From Theionarchaea archaeon (lineage in GTDB: Archaea; Methanobacteriota_B; Thermococci; Methanofastidiosales; SZ-28-30), in contig JACVGT010000045.1 in assembly GCA_018992685.1 (NCBI GenBank), forward strand, positions 1-21,883: a DNA stretch of 21,883 bases. Direction: 5' to 3'. Shown here one piece after another: positions 1-8,731 of this stretch. Both the position numbers and the translations under genes were made by a program. Under the pieces are notes generated by a model. That model saw nothing but the letters and a program-made list of their open reading frames with translations. It was not told where the DNA came from and searched no databases. Positions within the stretch are counted from its first letter, which is position 1. Each line of letters opens with the position of its first letter.

Positions 1-2
1 AG

Positions 3-161
3 GTATTCATTGCTTCTACAAATGGGAAGGTATATTGCTTTGGCGAGAACCCTGAGCCACCAGTGTTATCTCAGCGCACAATTACGGTAGCGTTAGGGTC
101 GTTTTGCCTCATTGTCGGACTCTTTGCTGTTTTTTACCTCTATCGGCGTAGAAACAAATAG
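3..161 (+). CDS. 3' end (partial) of a PQQ-like beta-propeller surface protein with C-terminal membrane anchor
   Basis: My translation: VFIASTNGKVYCFGENPEPP-[hydrophobic ITVALGSFCLIVGLFAVFYLY]-RRRNK*. It parallels the C-terminus of 15657..16931 (LIVSEATGRVLCLG...TM...RKK). Truncated by the window edge. Confidence 0.75.
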   Translation, partial: VFIASTNGKVYCFGENPEPPVLSQRTITVALGSFCLIVGLFAVFYLYRRRNK

Positions 162-270
162 AAAATGTGATTCAGAATTTCAATCCCAACATAGTCTGAT
201 TTCACTTGATTGGGGGGAATGGACCTGCTGTGAAGCAATTCTTATAAAGTCCTAGTGAGGAGGTGAATAC

Positions 271-438
271 ATGGCCGCACGACAGGATATTACTGATGTT
301 ATAGATGCTTTTCTGGAAGACAGAATGACATTGGATGAAGTAGTAGAGTGGACCGAAAGAGAAATATCCAAGACTGATTCTTGCGAAGACCCAGAGTATG
401 CATCATCAGTTTTGTCTCAAGACATAGCTGGACAGTGA
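271..438 (+). pseudogene. Short/truncated paralog of the 17282..17947 hypothetical protein (55 aa, not in the ORF track)
   Basis: SD GAGGAGGTGA then 4 nt then ATG271; TATA-like CTTATAAA at 241. MAARQDITDVIDAFLEDRMTLDEVV matches MTIQQEILNVVDAFLDGKITPEEAV (11/25 identical), and CEDP matches CDDP. In-frame TGA at 436-438 is followed by GEFLKKG (cf. EVLRRG). Confidence 0.6.
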
Positions 439-499
439 GGAGAGTTTTTAAAGAAGGGAGACAACATCCACCTGCACGCATCCATCAAAGGTGACTGAC

Positions 500-3400
500 A
501 TGAAAATGAGAAAACGTGGAATAATGATACTAGTCGGATTGTTCCTTTCCGTTGTTTCACTATGTACAGGACAGTCCATTCAAGAACGAATTGAGGCACA
601 GCAAGAGTTGATCCAGCTCTATTCAAACCATTTTAGTGAATTGTGTGGGAGCTTGTTTCTGGTACTTCTGTTCGTGTTCATACTCATATTCTACTGGCTC
701 CGGAAAAAAGATGGGCCAGCCCAGCAACGTCCTATCATCTACGGGATACTGTTCATACTCATTCTTCTGAGTCTTGTTAACCTGTGGGGCACCCTCAACT
801 GGGCATGGGATCTTCCCAGCCAGTATTTCAACCAGTTCTACTGGACGAATATGAAAATAGCAGCAGTAGGGGGAATCATATTAAGTTTAATTGCGTTCCT
901 ACCTTTATTTTCAAGAGAAAGTGTCGTATATACTATATATATTTCTTTGATCAAGAAGAGAAGTAGCTATCTTCCTCAACCTGCCTCTCTCCCATTCTTC
1001 ATCCCGTGGACACTGTTGAAATTGCTGTTCGGGATGTGGCTATACTCCAACATGCTTGTGGGGTTGTGGGTTCTGGGAGGGAATGGGTTAACCCTCTTCT
1101 CACGAGATGTTACGCCCCTATTTGGACAGTTGCTGGTCATTGGTCCGTCTGTTGCAGGAGCACTTGCTATGCGCATGTTTATCTACTGTGTCCATCATCT
1201 CGCAGGCATCGTACAGTACCTTGCGGAAAGTTACAGGCGGATCCTGAGCAATGATGAATATGAGACTATCTGGGGAAAAGTCATGAAGATCTTTGGAGTC
1301 ATCCTCATTTTCATGAGCGCCTCAAGCCTGTTTGGCATCACCGGTCAGTACGAACACCTCGTGGGGCCCTACAGGCACGATCTGTTCAGTTACATGGTCC
1401 GATTCGGTGCGGGAATCAGTTGCATGCTGGTGGGAGGATTCCTCATTGGTGACACCAGGAGACAGAAGACCTATCACATGGCATCTGCTCTCATTTTCAC
1501 TGTCATTGCGACAGCTCTTGCAGGGTATTACAGTCCTGATATGAGAGTCCTCCTGGGATTCTTCATCGGTCTCGTAGCCTTTCCCTTCCTGTACCGCATT
1601 TTCTGGAAAGAGCTGATACCAAGAGCACGGGCACTCACCATGCCCAGAATCACTGAACCTGTACGGTTAACTGGCGCATCCACAGCAGCAGTCATGGTGG
1701 CTATTGTCTTCATCCTGATAGCAGGATCCATAGGAAGTAACCTCTGGCTGAAACCCCAGCACAGAAAGGATCCCCTCAGTATCAATGCAGACCTCATTTC
1801 CCTTGAATTGGAGTTAAATGCCCTGAGCGCTGGCCTGGATTTTGATGAATCATACTGGGAATTTCCATCCCAGTCAGAGATTGACAGCCTGGAGGATATT
1901 GAAGCGTTGACTGCTGAGAATGAAGGAACCTTTTCCATTGTGAGGTTATGGGATTCACCCCACACCAAGATCAGGTTCAAACCCTCTGTCGGACTGCGGT
2001 GGATGGAAATGGGTGACACTGATATTGTTCGATTTACGGTGGATAATTCCCTGAGACAATTCTGGATCTCTCCCAAGAACTTGAATTTGGAGGAGATTCT
2101 TGAGGGTTCTGAAAACGCGTGGTATAACCAACACAAGGTGTACACCCACAGTGTGGGATACATCGTGGCAGATGCCCAGACAGGGAAATTTGAGACCATG
2201 CCCTGGACAGACAAGAATATTTATTTCGGGGAGGGGATGTACAGGGATTTTATCTACGATTTCCAGGGACACGAACTGCAGGGCGAGTATCAGGGACCCA
2301 CCGTGAAGCCCAGACTGCCCCTGAGAAATGTATTCACTCAGGAATTAACCTTCTATACGGGAGACGTGGTGGCATACACCAATATCTTTGACAGGGCATC
2401 GGAGTTGTTCCCGTGGCTCTACATGGACCCAGACCCCTACATCTGTGTCAGCGATGAGGGTGACGTCTGGTACTCCATGGATCTGGGAGTGTACATTACA
2501 CCCAGCAAGGTCCCTCTGGTGAAAGCACCGTATGTGAGGCCCCTTTTGAAACTCTTGATTAATACAGAAACCGGGGAATACCAGGTGTACTACTCTGAGA
2601 GCAATGACAGGATACTCCTGCCTCTCCTCCTGAAGGTGTATCCAGATATTCTTCCTCTATCGGATGCTCCTTCCTGGTATCAGGAACAGCTCAGGTATCC
2701 TGAAGTGTTCATGGAAACCCAGGTGCGTGCCATGAATGTGTACCATGTGCACTTGTCTGCGTACGAGAAATCCAATGTGTCAGCCTATGTTCATGAGGAG
2801 GATTTCTTTGAAATCCCTTCAGAAGAGGATTTGAGACACCTTCTGCAGACCTTTTTCGGCCGTGAGGAATTCGTGTCCATGATTACCGTGGAATTCAGCG
2901 GGAAGAAGGTGCCCAACATTGCTGCCATCTGGGTGGTGGAGAACGATATTCCAACCTATGGAAAGGTGCACTTGATCCGGATGCCCTCCCAGGCGTATGA
3001 GGACCTGCGTGTGATCGGAACAAGTGTGGTTCCCAATTCGTTGACTGCAGATGAAGAGGTCAGCTACTGGAATAGAACGCATGAAGGGGCTGATTTCGGG
3101 AATATTCTGCTATATAAGATAGAGGACAGAGTGTACTACTTTGTTCCGTTCTACACAGGGAGTGAGAAGACAGTAACTCTGCAGAAAGTGGCCTGCGTCA
3201 TGGGTATCACGGGCAGTGAAACAGAATCCAGGAAAGTGGGCTTTGGAGACGATGCTGTTACTGCCTTCCGGAATGTGCAGCTGGAGATTCTGGCCTCCAA
3301 GGTTTCAGGTAGGGACATCGGGACCTACAGTGAGGCCATGGAAATTCTGGCTGGTGCGACAGTCCAGGGAGAGAGTATGGCAGACATTCTGTCTCAGATG

Positions 3401-3526
3401 GACTGGTTATTGGAACAGAGAGAAGCGGCGCTGGCTGAAGGAGATGAAGTGGCGGCAGCTGAATTTCTGGAGGAGTTCTTTGAATTGTTCAAGAAGCTCT
3501 TAGGAATTACGGAACAGACTCCCTGA
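500..3526 (+). CDS. UPF0182 (COG1615) family membrane protein
   Basis: N-terminal multi-TM half, then family-like motifs VRLWD, DTDIVRF, WYNQHKVYTHSVG, NIYFGE, PWLYMDPDPY, QLRYPE, FGNILLY. Start placed at ATG500 after SD GGTGA (490-494); the track uses GTG491. Confidence 0.85.
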   Translation: MKMRKRGIMILVGLFLSVVSLCTGQSIQERIEAQQELIQLYSNHFSELCGSLFLVLLFVFILIFYWLRKKDGPAQQRPIIYGILFILILLSLVNLWGTLNWAWDLPSQYFNQFYWTNMKIAAVGGIILSLIAFLPLFSRESVVYTIYISLIKKRSSYLPQPASLPFFIPWTLLKLLFGMWLYSNMLVGLWVLGGNGLTLFSRDVTPLFGQLLVIGPSVAGALAMRMFIYCVHHLAGIVQYLAESYRRILSNDEYETIWGKVMKIFGVILIFMSASSLFGITGQYEHLVGPYRHDLFSYMVRFGAGISCMLVGGFLIGDTRRQKTYHMASALIFTVIATALAGYYSPDMRVLLGFFIGLVAFPFLYRIFWKELIPRARALTMPRITEPVRLTGASTAAVMVAIVFILIAGSIGSNLWLKPQHRKDPLSINADLISLELELNALSAGLDFDESYWEFPSQSEIDSLEDIEALTAENEGTFSIVRLWDSPHTKIRFKPSVGLRWMEMGDTDIVRFTVDNSLRQFWISPKNLNLEEILEGSENAWYNQHKVYTHSVGYIVADAQTGKFETMPWTDKNIYFGEGMYRDFIYDFQGHELQGEYQGPTVKPRLPLRNVFTQELTFYTGDVVAYTNIFDRASELFPWLYMDPDPYICVSDEGDVWYSMDLGVYITPSKVPLVKAPYVRPLLKLLINTETGEYQVYYSESNDRILLPLLLKVYPDILPLSDAPSWYQEQLRYPEVFMETQVRAMNVYHVHLSAYEKSNVSAYVHEEDFFEIPSEEDLRHLLQTFFGREEFVSMITVEFSGKKVPNIAAIWVVENDIPTYGKVHLIRMPSQAYEDLRVIGTSVVPNSLTADEEVSYWNRTHEGADFGNILLYKIEDRVYYFVPFYTGSEKTVTLQKVACVMGITGSETESRKVGFGDDAVTAFRNVQLEILASKVSGRDIGTYSEAMEILAGATVQGESMADILSQMDWLLEQREAALAEGDEVAAAEFLEEFFELFKKLLGITEQTP

Positions 3527-3570
3527 TTCAGTGTGTCATCTGCCTCTGGGAGCTGAGAAGAGGAGTATTA

Positions 3571-5481
3571 CTAGAGTGGCCGGAGATGCTTTGGCTTCTT
3601 TCTTGCCACGAGGATGAGGTACCCATCTTCGATTGAAAAGGTCAGAATGCCATTCTTGTATGCAGTTTTCACTCCTTCTGGTGATTCTTCATGGTCAGTT
3701 CGTATCCAGTTGGTGTAGTCTTCCACCACCATCTTTGATATCACAAACCCCTGAGATTGCACCACGTCCAGAAGCTCTTCTCTGGTAAAAAAGGTTCTCA
3801 CCGGCGCCTTCCTTTCAAATGTCTGTCTCAAGAAGGAGTAGCTTTCTTCAGTGGCCACGGGTTCCATCAACAGGAGAACACCTCTCTCTTTGAGAGCGTC
3901 CCACATGTTCTGCAGAACCAGAAGTGGGTTGGGGAAGTAGTGGAAGGAATTCCTGCAGGTTACCAGGTCAAATTCATTCTTGAAGGTCATCCGTTCTACG
4001 TCCTGGATCTCGTAGGTCACACCGTCCACCCTCTCTGCCAGGCCAGCAGGTGTTAAATCGATGGCTGTGACCTTCACCCCCTTCTTGGCCAGACGGTAGG
4101 CCACAACACCTTCACCTGAGGCAACATCAAGTGCTTTCCATCCCTTATGTGCTCCTGAAAGGTTAAGGTAGGAGTCGATTTCCTGAAATGTGACAACATT
4201 CCACCATTTTCTTCTTTCTGCAATACGCTTCTCGAAGGCACTCTTCACTGCCATTTTCATCTCTTCATCCTCTCTCTGCTTGATCCTCTGAACCCACAGA
4301 GATGCCAGCCCAATGACGGCAACTCCCAGGAGAAACTCTGCTGGAAATCCCAGGTGGTCAACAACAATCCCAGAGATCATGTTCCCCACAATGAGTCCCA
4401 ATGAGGCCATGAAATTGTACATGCCCATAATTTCTCCTTCTTTCCCCTTAACAGCCAGCCTGGACATGACAGAGTTGGATGAAATGCTTATCTGGGCCCA
4501 GGTATACCCGAAGACGGCATAACACACGGCTGCTATTGCAACAGCAACATATCCTGTGAGTAATGAAGCTGAAACCAGGATCAGAAAGAAGCTGCCTCGC
4601 AGGAGCAGGCCTCGTCGAAGTATGGCAAATCCCCCCAGGAGGGCTACTCTCTTTGCCACTCTGGAATATGCGTATGCAGATATCAGGGAATTGAAAAAGG
4701 AGATCAGGAACACAAAAGAAGCAGAAGCTCCCTTAGTCGTTAGGAAATACACAAAAGGGGTGAAAATGAGGCCGGAAGACATGAATAAGACGAAAGATGA
4801 CAGATAGAAGTTCTTGAGTCTATGACTTTCGAACTTAATCAAGCGCGGGAGGTGAATGATGATGGAAGGCATAAACCGCAGCTTTTCAGTAGTCATGTAA
4901 GCAAACGACTTGATACTGTCTCTGTTAATGTAGATTGGTTTCTCGGATACCATTTTCTGGAAGGAGAGTGACGAGAAGAGCCCGATAATTCCCAGGGCTA
5001 TGAAGAGGGCACTCACTCCCAGGATGGGCAGGAGCAACGTACCTGCCAGCAGTCCCAGAGCCCAGGCATACCCACCGATTCTGTTGAATTCTCCGATGGC
5101 CTGATCCCAGTATTCTTTCCGCGCACTGCGGAGGATGAACACGCTGGACACAGGGACTGTGGCTGCAGCAAATACAGCAGAAGCCACCTGCAGGTAGAAG
5201 ACCTGGGAAAAGGTACGCGCTTCAGAGAACAAGAGGAGAATAAGAGAAAATCCGGCAAATCCAATAACGAGAAAGGGTTTTCTTTTCTGGGTTGAATCCG
5301 AAAGCCTCCCCCACAGAATGAGAAAGACCATGGATACAATGGAATAAGCACTGGATACCAGTGAGATGTCAGTAGCCTTCCCTCCCAGTGAGATGATGAG
5401 CAGGGGTATTAAAGGGGATGAGCATCCTGCTGCAAACTTGAAGGGTATGAAGGTGTAAAACCACCTGGGAGTCTTAAACAT
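3571..5481 (-). CDS. MFS transporter fused to a C-terminal class I SAM-dependent methyltransferase
   Basis: About 400 aa of 12-TM-like MFS with motif-A-like WGRLSDSTQKRK. It is followed by ALDVASGEG (motif I), VTAIDLT and FDLVTCRNSFHYF (Methyltransf_11-like). No stop between the domains. Confidence 0.8.
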   Translation of the reverse strand: MFKTPRWFYTFIPFKFAAGCSSPLIPLLIISLGGKATDISLVSSAYSIVSMVFLILWGRLSDSTQKRKPFLVIGFAGFSLILLLFSEARTFSQVFYLQVASAVFAAATVPVSSVFILRSARKEYWDQAIGEFNRIGGYAWALGLLAGTLLLPILGVSALFIALGIIGLFSSLSFQKMVSEKPIYINRDSIKSFAYMTTEKLRFMPSIIIHLPRLIKFESHRLKNFYLSSFVLFMSSGLIFTPFVYFLTTKGASASFVFLISFFNSLISAYAYSRVAKRVALLGGFAILRRGLLLRGSFFLILVSASLLTGYVAVAIAAVCYAVFGYTWAQISISSNSVMSRLAVKGKEGEIMGMYNFMASLGLIVGNMISGIVVDHLGFPAEFLLGVAVIGLASLWVQRIKQREDEEMKMAVKSAFEKRIAERRKWWNVVTFQEIDSYLNLSGAHKGWKALDVASGEGVVAYRLAKKGVKVTAIDLTPAGLAERVDGVTYEIQDVERMTFKNEFDLVTCRNSFHYFPNPLLVLQNMWDALKERGVLLLMEPVATEESYSFLRQTFERKAPVRTFFTREELLDVVQSQGFVISKMVVEDYTNWIRTDHEESPEGVKTAYKNGILTFSIEDGYLILVARKKPKHLRPL

Positions 5482-5773
5482 AGCATTCCTCTTTTGTCGA
5501 TGTGGAGTGATAGTTTAAACACTTTTTGTGAGAGCTTTTGAGTGGAAGATAGGCTCTTAAAAAGGTATCGGAAGAGGTTGGAGGGCTATAGACGAGGGCC
5601 CCTTTCTTGTTGACAGGAGGACCTACTCTGAGTGTCGCAGTCCCCTCGTAATTTCAAGGTGGACTGATTTCAGAGGAGACGGCCTGGGTTAGGTGAATGA
5701 GACCATAAGAGGAGACTCAGCAGGACCAGGATATTCGGGTGGTCGAGTTCCTTCTGTTGCCTGCACCTGCCAT

Positions 5774-6934
5774 CTACGACACTCTCTGAGACAATGCAGT
5801 AATTGCTCTGGTTTCATTTTCATAGAGATTCATGACTTTCTGTTGGAGGTTCTGAAGCAAGGAGGTGAGGTCTCGTTCCTCAAGTTGCAGGGATGCTTGC
5901 TTCATCACATCATCGAGCTCTGCATTCATCTGCATCATCCTTTCAAATGCTCCCGGTTCCTGCTCTTCAAACACCTGATTTTTCTCGTACATCAATCTCC
6001 GTGCCTTTCCAAGCGTATCCCATGAATCAGGAAGAGCAGCTTTAGCCACGTCGCTCCAGGCTTTGCCAGATTCCTCAAAGAGATCAGCCACAGACTCCAA
6101 TTCGGGATTCTCAACAAGGGAAGACGCTTCTCTGAGAAATCGAGCATACATGGGGCGGAAGGCTCTCCCCCCGGTTCCTCCGATCTCAATGTAGATATAT
6201 ACATTCATCAGACAACCGTACAGGTTCAACCCCTGGAATTGTTTCGGCCAACCAGGAATGATGTTCGCCCATTTCCTGATTCCTGCCAGTCCAAAATTCG
6301 ATATGGGGGGGTTCTGCATCGCTTGACAGCATTCCCTCATGGCATCAAGAATTCCCTCTTTCACCCTCATGGGCTGCTCCGGCACTTCTATCTCCAGGAT
6401 CTTATTCCTGGGTGGAAAGGGTGGGAATTTGGAGCTTCTGGCATTCTTGAGGTCTTCCACAGATACGGTCAGAGGACCCTTTCCCCTGTCGGAGAGGTAG
6501 ACTGTGTCTTCCTGTTCATCGATTCCGTACACGACAACAGTGTGAGCTCCAAAATGAGCATCTCCTGGTAGTGCAAGATACGGCAGGTACGCCATATCCA
6601 CATACGTATACACAGGCTTCCCACAGCGCAGCATCTCCATCAAGTATTCATGTCCTTTCTTTGCACTTCCTGTCTCAAAAAGACTCCCTTTTCCTCCCAT
6701 TCTCTCCAGCATTTTTATCATGAATTCCTCATTTCTGCTGCCAGACCGACCTCCCACAAAGGGTGCCGGCATCTGCTTCATGTACCAGTATATGAACCCA
6801 AGACCTCCTCCTAATCCGAGGAGCATTTCCTCTGACATGTCAATGCCATAATACTGTAAAATACTGCGAAGAGCTGTGGTCTGGCAGTGCTTTCCACCAA
6901 AATACTTGAAATTCTCAAGGACTATCTTTTCCGT
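5774..6934 (-). CDS. BtrH N-terminal / DUF4872-like papain-fold (NlpC/P60-type) cysteine peptidase
   Basis: GKHCQTTAL (putative catalytic Cys, upstream of the track start at 6838), SEEMLLGLGGGLGF, HFGAHTVVVYG, YLSDR, IEIGGTGGRAFRPMYARFLREA. Start inferred at ACG 6934 after SD GGAGGTG. Confidence 0.75.
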   Translation of the reverse strand, partial: TEKIVLENFKYFGGKHCQTTALRSILQYYGIDMSEEMLLGLGGGLGFIYWYMKQMPAPFVGGRSGSRNEEFMIKMLERMGGKGSLFETGSAKKGHEYLMEMLRCGKPVYTYVDMAYLPYLALPGDAHFGAHTVVVYGIDEQEDTVYLSDRGKGPLTVSVEDLKNARSSKFPPFPPRNKILEIEVPEQPMRVKEGILDAMRECCQAMQNPPISNFGLAGIRKWANIIPGWPKQFQGLNLYGCLMNVYIYIEIGGTGGRAFRPMYARFLREASSLVENPELESVADLFEESGKAWSDVAKAALPDSWDTLGKARRLMYEKNQVFEEQEPGAFERMMQMNAELDDVMKQASLQLEERDLTSLLQNLQQKVMNLYENETRAITALSQRVS

Positions 6935-7478
6935 GGTGACACCTCCTTTCTATCTCCCCCTTGAATTCCACAACCCATGTCTTCTCTGCCTTTATGAGTG
7001 CGAGAGGCCGGGAAAATAGTGCAATAACCCTGTAATCTGCTCCTTCTTCCATCTTCTTATGGATTGAAAGTTCAAGGAAGAGCGTTCTTTCTTCAAGCGA
7101 TTCCAGGTACGAATCGAGGCACTCCACCACCTGTTCCGGCAGAAGAAGGTTGCTGTAAGCTATTCCCAGATCGAAAGGAGAAACCTCCTTTTTACTTTCT
7201 GATAGCACACTTTTTACCTTCTGTCTCATCATGATCAGCCCCTGCTCTGTGACATGGTACACTCTCCGGGAAGGTTTCCCCGAAACACTCTCGACAGTGC
7301 TTGTGATGAGGTTCTTGGCTTCCAGTTTCTTGAGCACATAGTAGATGGAACTGAATCCAATTTCGGTCCACACTCTCATATTCCGCTGGTCCAGAGTTTT
7401 CTCCAGGTCATACCCGTACTGTGAACCTTCGCACAGAAGTCCCAGTATGACTGCCTCGCGACCTGTTATTCTAACCAT
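6915..7478 (-). CDS. PadR family transcriptional regulator
   Basis: ILGLL...YGYDLEK...WTEIGFSSIYYVLKKLEAKNLI...GKPSRRVYHVTEQG is the PadR wHTH signature, followed by a C-terminal helical dimerisation region. Confidence 0.9.
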   Translation of the reverse strand: MVRITGREAVILGLLCEGSQYGYDLEKTLDQRNMRVWTEIGFSSIYYVLKKLEAKNLITSTVESVSGKPSRRVYHVTEQGLIMMRQKVKSVLSESKKEVSPFDLGIAYSNLLLPEQVVECLDSYLESLEERTLFLELSIHKKMEEGADYRVIALFSRPLALIKAEKTWVVEFKGEIERRCHHGKDSP

Positions 7479-7481
7479 GGA

Positions 7482-7506
7482 ATATTATAGTACTAGAATA
7501 TATAAG
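7482..7506 (-). promoter_or_regulatory. PadR promoter: TATA box plus overlapping 20-bp palindromic operator
   Basis: Minus-strand CTTATATA (7506-7499) lies about 21 nt before the ATG, consistent with a leaderless mRNA. Inverted repeat ATATTATAGTACTAGAATAT (7482-7501) has one mismatched pair. Confidence 0.65.
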
Positions 7507-7612
7507 GTTTTCGGCGGAGAAGACAAACGGGTGTGGTACGAGCAGACGAGGTGTGTCAATGAGGTGTGATAACGTTTATGAAGGTGAATCTGTGAAGGAA
7601 AGAGGTGATCGC

Positions 7613-8662
7613 ATGGTAGAATGGGATGCCACTAAAAGGATAGCACAGACAATGTTGGATACTATCGGGAGAACACCTCTGGTCCGGTTGCAGACGATTC
7701 CCAAACGGGAACAGGTTTCATCAGACATTCTGGGGAAGATTGAATGGTTCAGTCCCACAGGCAGTCTGAAGGACAGGATTTACTATGAGATGATTACGCA
7801 TGCTGTAAGAGAAGGCGACCTGAACCCAGGAATGGAGATCCTGGAGACCTCAACAGGGAATGCAGGAATCTCCTGTGCGTTTGTAGGTGGTCTCCTGGGG
7901 GTTAAGGTGACTATTGTGATGCCTGCTGGCATGAGCGAGGAAAGGAAAAAAGTTATTTCAGCATATGGGGCAGACCTTGTTTTCACGCCAGGTGGTGAGA
8001 GTGACGTGGACTTGTGTCTGGAAAAGGCAACAGAATTGAAAAAGGAAAACCCGGGAAAGTACTGGGAACCGGGGCAGTTTGTGAATGATTACAATGTTAA
8101 GGCTCATTACAAGAGTACCGGGCCTGAGATATGGGAGCAGACTGGGGGGAAGGTAGATGCCTTCATTGCTTCTCAGGGGACAGGTGGGACCATAACAGGT
8201 GTGGGGAGGTATTTGCGTGAGAAGAATCCTTCAACAAAGCTGTATGCTCTGGAACCGTTGGAAGCCCCTGTGCTGGCCAGAGGAGAATGGGGTTCACACC
8301 GGATTGAGGGAATTGGGGACGGATTTGTACCCAGGACCCTGGATGTGAGCATGCTGGACGGAGTGATCCTCACCACATCAGAGGAAGCGATTGTGATGGC
8401 ACGGAGACTGGCCAGAGAGGAAGGGATGTTTTGCGGGATCTCGTCAGGGTGCAATGTCGCAGGAGCAATTAAGCTGGCGAGGGCTCATCCTGAGTTGAAA
8501 ACGATTGTGACCATGATTAATGATACGGGACAAAGGTATTTCTCTACGGAACTGTGTGGAGAGAAAAAGGACATCGAAATTCCAGAGAGAGTGCATACAC
8601 TGGACAACTATTCTGTTAAGGAATTGGATAGGTACCAGAAGACGTGGGAAATTATCACGTGA
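7613..8662 (+). CDS. cysK: PLP-dependent cysteine synthase family protein (CysK/CysM-like)
   Basis: IGRTPLV, SPTGSLKDR (PLP lysine), STGNAG, GTGGT, HRIEGIGDG, GISSG, DTGQRYFS. Start at ATG7613 after SD GAGGTGA plus 4 nt; the track uses 7553. Confidence 0.85.
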   Translation: MVEWDATKRIAQTMLDTIGRTPLVRLQTIPKREQVSSDILGKIEWFSPTGSLKDRIYYEMITHAVREGDLNPGMEILETSTGNAGISCAFVGGLLGVKVTIVMPAGMSEERKKVISAYGADLVFTPGGESDVDLCLEKATELKKENPGKYWEPGQFVNDYNVKAHYKSTGPEIWEQTGGKVDAFIASQGTGGTITGVGRYLREKNPSTKLYALEPLEAPVLARGEWGSHRIEGIGDGFVPRTLDVSMLDGVILTTSEEAIVMARRLAREEGMFCGISSGCNVAGAIKLARAHPELKTIVTMINDTGQRYFSTELCGEKKDIEIPERVHTLDNYSVKELDRYQKTWEIIT

Positions 8663-8731
8663 TACTCATCTTTTCTTGGCTACCCATTGTTTGATACGGT
8701 ATATATTCTCCCAGTAGATTCTGCCGTGTCC

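Noticed and set aside
436-498. In-frame TGA followed by continued weak similarity, considered as selenocysteine readthrough
   Set aside because: It does not align to a Cys in the paralog, no SECIS is evident and the ORF also lacks internal segments. Pseudogene decay is simpler.
5740-5765. Minus-strand AACAGAAG resembling the RNase P RNA 3' conserved region
   Set aside because: The other conserved RNase P elements (GAGGAAAGUCC, GGCUUA) are absent.
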